Below the pieces are notes generated by a model. That model saw only the letters and a list, made by a program, of their open reading frames with translations, searched no databases and was not told the DNA's origin. Made by a program: the position numbers and the translations under genes. Shown one piece after another: positions 58,634 through 64,000 of a stretch of DNA of 64,000 nucleotides. The number at the start of each line of letters is the position of its first letter. Positions within the stretch are counted from its first letter, which is position 1. Origin of the DNA: Eledone cirrhosa. Lineage: Eukaryota. Location of the stretch: the NCBI GenBank assembly GCA_964016885.1, contig OZ024740.1, positions 409,758,001 through 409,822,000 on the forward strand. The letters are read 5' to 3'.

Positions 58634-61336
58634 TGTAGTGACCTACATTCCGCGGGCTCACATACATTCTCTGTGCGTGATTTGGCTCAGTTCAGCCAAT
58701 CAGCGCCAGTAGAAGAGGATGTATCCCTACGCGCCCTGAGGAAGAAATTCCCCGCGAAGATTTGAAGAATCTTCCTCTTGTACCGGAAACTTCAAGCCAG
58801 CAACACGCATAATGTAACGGTGACATATTGCACCCTAGCCTCGCCGGCTTAACGGCGCAATGGCACATTCCCTTTTGTAACCTCTTTTTATCTGTAACTT
58901 CAACCATATAAGTTAACAAACATTGTTTGTACTACATCAAAAATAAACATACATTTCATCTCTAATTACTGCTGTTGAAATCATTATTATGTTACTCGTG
59001 TCTCAATAACATCTATAATCCATGCTGCTGGAATTGGCGACCTGACGAAAGGAATATTGTAAATAGATGGTAAATAGATCGAGGGACCTTCCCTCACGTC
59101 TATGTCAACAAGATAATCCAACGAGGTTACTATCACTTACCACACTGGCAACTAACGACTATCAATCATCATCTACCCTGTTAAAGTGGTGACCGACGTA
59201 AGAATTTAACGCAGCCCTTCTTTTTTATTCAGTTGAACTTTTATTGCCACGTTGCCAACCTTTTCGCAACTTGCGAAAATAAAAAATATTCCTTTTAAGA
59301 TTTTTGAAAAATTACCAGTATTTCAAAAACTTTTCGCCACGAAGAAATTTCAAAATGGCTACCGACAAGTCCTGTCTACGATCAACAAAGACAGCAGCAG
59401 CAGCGACAACATTGTTTAGCCACTGACCAAAACAGGGAATAGTGAGTGGCAGCTTCATAGCCTTACCGACGCAAACCACCACACATCGGAAATTTCAGGA
59501 CGGCTTGTAGCTTTACCGACGCAACCACCATACATACCTTCTGTCTCGTTACCACAGGGACTCGAGAAATTGAGACAGTAGTTTTCTCACCATTATGGCG
59601 TCAGACGTGGCTGCCATGTTTGGTGACTGCTACTCTACAGAAGATTCTTTGACTTTGCTTTAACAATAAGCAACACAACCGTGTGGCGGGACGGTAAAAT
59701 GGCCACGAAAACTCACAAAAACACCATACATCTAACCCCTAACGGCATTAACAAACTTCTTTTTCAGTTTTCAGATAGAACTAGTGTCTGTACACTGGTG
59801 ATGTGTGAACTATTTGACTTTGAAAAACTTTGAACTTATTGAGCAATTTCTCTGCTCCCTTAGATTGACTTTGAATTATCAGTTTGTTACATTCACATAT
59901 TTCTTTGTAGAATGCATTTACTTGTTTTGTGCTCTTTTGCTATTTGCTTGCTCATGGTTTTTGTTCATTCACATTCTTTGCTGTTTTACATGCCTGCATA
60001 TGCACACATTTTTTTATCACACACCAACATGTTGTTCTTGGTATATGTTCTTCAAACGTAATATTCTGCGAGTCCCTTTTCACCTGGTTGAGGTGCTGTC
60101 ACATGCTAGCAGCTCACAGAGCTTAATCCACTGGATTCAAACAGGCACCGCAACACGAGAGTACTAATTGCAGCTGAACTCAAACAGCTTCGCATCTCGT
60201 TGCACACTGATCGTCCATGACGGCCATCCGTCTTGTTGTTTTTGCCCGACTCGCTGGGAAAGCAACAAATTGAACTGGACTTGTCAGCACTTCGGCCACT
60301 TCTGTGGATTGGCTCCGAATTATGGAATTTACACTGCAACCCACCTACAGATTAAACTTGCTTTTTTTTCTTTACAAAGCAACCAGCCATTTTTTCCTGG
60401 CTCCACAGCACATTCGACAATACATCTGGGGGCCATCATTTTCTCGCCAGCACTGGTAAACTACCATAATAGCTTCGTTCACAGCTACTGGTACAACGCT
60501 TACCATTAACATTTAATGCAAGAACAGCAACTTCGCCCATGTCAGACTTTATCTGTTTTCTGGTAGGCCCTTGAGAGTCTCGTTTAAACTACAAAACAGC
60601 TAGTCATTTGACAGCGGCTCAACACGGCCCGTCGCGCCTAATTCTTTTTGTTCTTGCATGAATCTTTCTGCTCAATTATTTTTTTCACTGATGTGCTCTT
60701 TCAGCATTTGTTCTTGCTGATTCAATAATGTGTGGATCCTTGGTTTCTTCGTTATCGATTTTCGGCTGAAAATCTGCTCGGAGGTGATGTAGTGACCTAC
60801 ATTCCGCGGGCTCACATACATTCTCTGTGCGTGATTTGGCTCAGTTTAGCCAATCAGCGCCAGTAGAAGAGGATGTATCCCTACGCGCCCTGAGGAAGAA
60901 ATTCCCCGCGAAGATTTGAAGAATCTTCCTCTTGTACCGGAAACTTCAAGCCAGCAACACGCATAATGTAACGGTGACATATTGCACCCTAGCCTCGCCG
61001 GCTTAACGGCGCAATGGCACATTCCCTTTTGTAACCTCTTTTTATCTGTAACTTCAACCATATAAGTTAACAAACATTGTTTGTACTACATCAAAAATAA
61101 ACATACATTTCATCTCTAATTACTGCTGTTGAAATCATTATTATGTTACTCGTGTCTCAATAACATCTATAATCCATGCTGCTGGAATTGGCGACCTGAC
61201 GAAAGGAATATTGTAAATAGATGGTAAATAGATCGAGGGACCTTCCCTCACGTCTATGTCAACAAGATAATCCAACGAGGATACTATCACTTACCACACT
61301 GGCAACTAACGACTATCAATCTTCAATCCTGTTAAA
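58634..61336 (+). mobile_element. Young non-coding LTR retroelement (TRIM/LARD-like); LTRs at 58634-59185 and 60788-61336
   Basis: Near-identical ~550-bp direct repeats; TSD TACT; PBS-like TGGTGACCGACGT at 59187; purine-rich GGAGGTGA before the 3' LTR; no gag or pol ORF. Confidence 0.88.
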
Positions 61337-61374
61337 TACTGAATCTTGATTTTTACTAATGTTACCCATTTCGT

Positions 61375-61519
61375 ACACAGGCTCTGCTGCACTTCGGACC
61401 GAGGAGGATAAACTCTCCAAATATCGGTCACTCTCCGACAGGTTTGCGTTCGAGCCCGTGGCAGTGGAGATATCTTGTGTCCTTGGCCCTTGGGCCACAT
61501 CCCTGCTCATCAACATCAG
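61375..61519 (+). mobile_element. CRE-clade fragment
   Basis: Homologous to 55170-55315 (EEDKLSKYRSLSDRFAFEPVAVE). Confidence 0.7.
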
Positions 61520-61960
61520 CTAAACAGAAAAAATGAATGGAATAACAACACCCAAACAAACAATACTGACCTAAGAGAAATATAAATAAATAAATAAATA
61601 AATACATACACAAGCACAATAACAACAAACACATATAAACACACACTAGTAAACTAAGATAGACTACAATAACCAAAACACAGTCACCCAAACACGAACA
61701 CACATCAAACGCTATACACACACGCAAACGCATGCGCAGAGAAGAAGACAAAAATAAATAAATAAATAAATAAATAAACAGATTAAATAAAGATGGCGTA
61801 GACATACAATACAACAGGAGGAAACATAATAGCACCACTGACGATGTTGCAGATGTGCAACGAAAGAATTTTGTTAGACTATATATATGTGTTTGTGTCT
61901 ATATTTTATCTGTATTTTTGACCGTTGGTCAGTCAATGGTAAACATTGAGGACCGAATAA
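61520..61960 (+). mobile_element. Penelope-like 3' region with a hammerhead motif at 61830-61876
   Basis: Resembles 43620-43900; CTGACGA-T-GTTGCA GATG TGCAAC-GAAA. Confidence 0.6.
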
Positions 61961-62146
61961 ATTAACTCCGTTCATTGCCAGGGAACGTCTTCACGAACCA
62001 AAGTATCGTCTTCCTGTTTTCCTTCGGTTGCAACATTTTTCGAAATACTTAATTCTGCGTTCACAGATTGATGTTTTTGGTTTCAGAAGCTCCCGTTAAG
62101 GGTGAAAGCAACGATTCTTTGCTTAAACTTTAATCTGTTATTTTAA

Positions 62147-62800
62147 TCTATATATGTATGTATATAAAACTGAGGAAGGATGCATGTATATACGTATGTA
62201 TGTGTGTATGTGTGTATGTGTGTATGTGTGTATGTGTATGGGGGGGGGGCTGAGAAGTACCCAGCCGATTTTTTTCAAACTTTACATGTGTATTACTTAT
62301 GTTTCAGGGAGTGTTATGCACATAAAAACTTCAACTTTTTGACTCCTAGGACCCGCATTAGGTGGAAAACTGCGTTTTTGTTCAGCTTTTTAGGGTTTTT
62401 TTTAGGTGTTACGTTAGACTGATTTCCTTGAAATTGTAACTATCTATTAGTCAGTCTCTTCTTCATACCGTGAGCAAAGAAAATCCAACTTTTTAATGGC
62501 CTAGCGCTCGCATTAGGTGATTAACTGCATTTTTTCAGCTTTTTAGGGGTGTCAAGGCATATTATGCACATAATATGTCAAGGCATATTATGCACATAAA
62601 AAAAATTCATTTTCTTGATCCCCTAGGGCTCGCATTAGGTGAAAACCTGCACTTTTCCTGCTTCACCGAGGAAAATCTTAAAGATTATCCAGCCATCAGA
62701 GTATTCGGTTTATTTTCTTTACATATTGTCCAGGCATCAGTTCAGGTTTCTGCTAATACGCACACGTGTGTGTCGGGGGGGGGGGGATATATATATGTGC
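62147..62800 (+). mobile_element. Probable Helitron-derived non-autonomous element
   Basis: A|TCTATATAT...ATAAAACTG start like 44452; internal repeats CGCATTAGGTG; 3' CTAG end not identified. Confidence 0.4.
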
Positions 62801-62904
62801 GTGTGTGAGTGTGTGTATTAGCAGAATATATGTGTGTATTAGCAGGATATATGTAAAAAAAGAGCTTTGCTAACTTCTATTTTAATTTATTTTCCAATCA
62901 CAAG

Positions 62905-62990
62905 GATGCAGTGGATGCATTTGACGCGTATGGGAACAAAGATGTGAATTTGGACGAATTTATCGCATTTTGTACAACACCAAATTTCAA
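62905..62990 (+). CDS. EF-hand exon of a second, paralogous calmodulin-like gene (not in the ORF track)
   Basis: ttattttccaatcacaag acceptor and GTAAGT donor at 62991; 86 nt, phase 0 to 2, the same as exon 307-392; encodes DAVDAFDAYGNKDVNLDEFIAFCTTPNF. Confidence 0.75.
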
Positions 62991-63309
62991 GTAAGTATTT
63001 TGCTGTGTTCATTATCAAAATATCGTTGATTTATGGAGAATGAATAATTATCATTTATTTTTCAACTATTAAGTTAGTTGATCATAAAGAAATTAAAGTA
63101 ATCTAAATTATCCCCATGGTAAGTTCTGGGAACAGGTTTGATTCCTCTCCGTTGAATCCATTTCAATATATTTATGATGGTAAAACATTTGATGAAAAGG
63201 CTTGGATGCTACAGTTCCTCTTTCCGTCGTTCCATAAATCATAGGTATGATTTAACATTCCAGCTATGAGCTTGGAAAGCAAACGTAAAATTGCGATGAT
63301 AATGATGGC

Positions 63310-63391
<82 letters not shown>

Positions 63392-63869
63392 CGAAACGTC
63401 ATCGATCGAAGGAAACAACACAGGAGAATGATACAGTACAATGATTATATGTATTAGTTTCACGCTTGATATAATGGGAAAAGGTTCTTAATGTTTCAGA
63501 TGTTTGTCCTTCACTAGGAGTTGGAATGAGGGATAGACAAGGGGAAAAAAGAGAGGAAAACGGTAAAAAAAATTACGGGGGGGGGGGGATCACGTATGTA
63601 TTTAGTTGGTCATTGATATATATTCATAGTAAGGTAAACGCCGTTACATAGAGTTATAGTGTAAATGAGAAAAACTCTCTAATGGATGGAGAAAATAAGA
63701 AAGTAACTGCAACAATATTCATCCTCACATGAGAATTATTCTATTTTCTAAGTCAGTATTGTCATTGGAAGTGGGTTTTGTTTGTGATAACATTATGATA
63801 GTGGGTAGTCAATATTTTGAACCTGATGAAACGCAACTGAATACTGCAATGCATTTTATACATTAAGTC

Positions 63870-64000
63870 CGACAGTCTGATCTGTAGAGCGTCGGACAAC
63901 AAACTTTGCGGCAGATAGTTACGGTTCTTTACATTCTGAGTTCAAATTTCGCCGAGGTTAGCTTTGTCTTTCATCCTTACAGCGTCGATAAATAAGGCAC
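63870..64000 (+). mobile_element. SINE of the same family as 7305-7490, running off the window
   Basis: GAGTTCAAATTTCGCCGAGGTTAGCTTTGTCTTTCATCCTTAC. Confidence 0.7.

Noticed and set aside
58692-58919. Identical 75-aa ORF occurring twice (also 60846-61073)
   Set aside because: Lies in the two LTRs on the antisense strand, with no motif support
58735-59060. CTGAGGA and CTGACGA in the LTR as a retrozyme hammerhead
   Set aside because: No stem II followed by GAAA in the right geometry

Overview
Eukaryotic, AT-rich, microsatellite-dense genomic DNA. It looks like an invertebrate, most plausibly an octopus or other cephalopod (inferred only from repeat content). Host coding content is small: two spliceable exons of a calmodulin-like EF-hand gene (307-392 and 7579-7774, +) and an 86-nt paralogous EF-hand exon at 62905-62990 (+). 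The rest is mostly transposons. The most striking structure is a ~22-kb head-to-tail array of five Tx1-type L1-clade retrotransposons from three subfamilies (11769-33763, minus strand), each separated by a (GATA)n/(TATC)n tract. They share covarying 5'UTR hairpins, and one is an in-frame chimera. Two R4/Dong-like RLE retrotransposons sit in tandem in (CATA)n tracts (46204-52155). Also present: a nested Penelope-like element with an inverted pseudo-LTR, seven hammerhead-like motifs, a young non-coding LTR element, Helitrons, Tigger and maT remnants, CRE fragments, SINEs and several long inverted repeats. All coordinates were read by eye, and no database searches were run.
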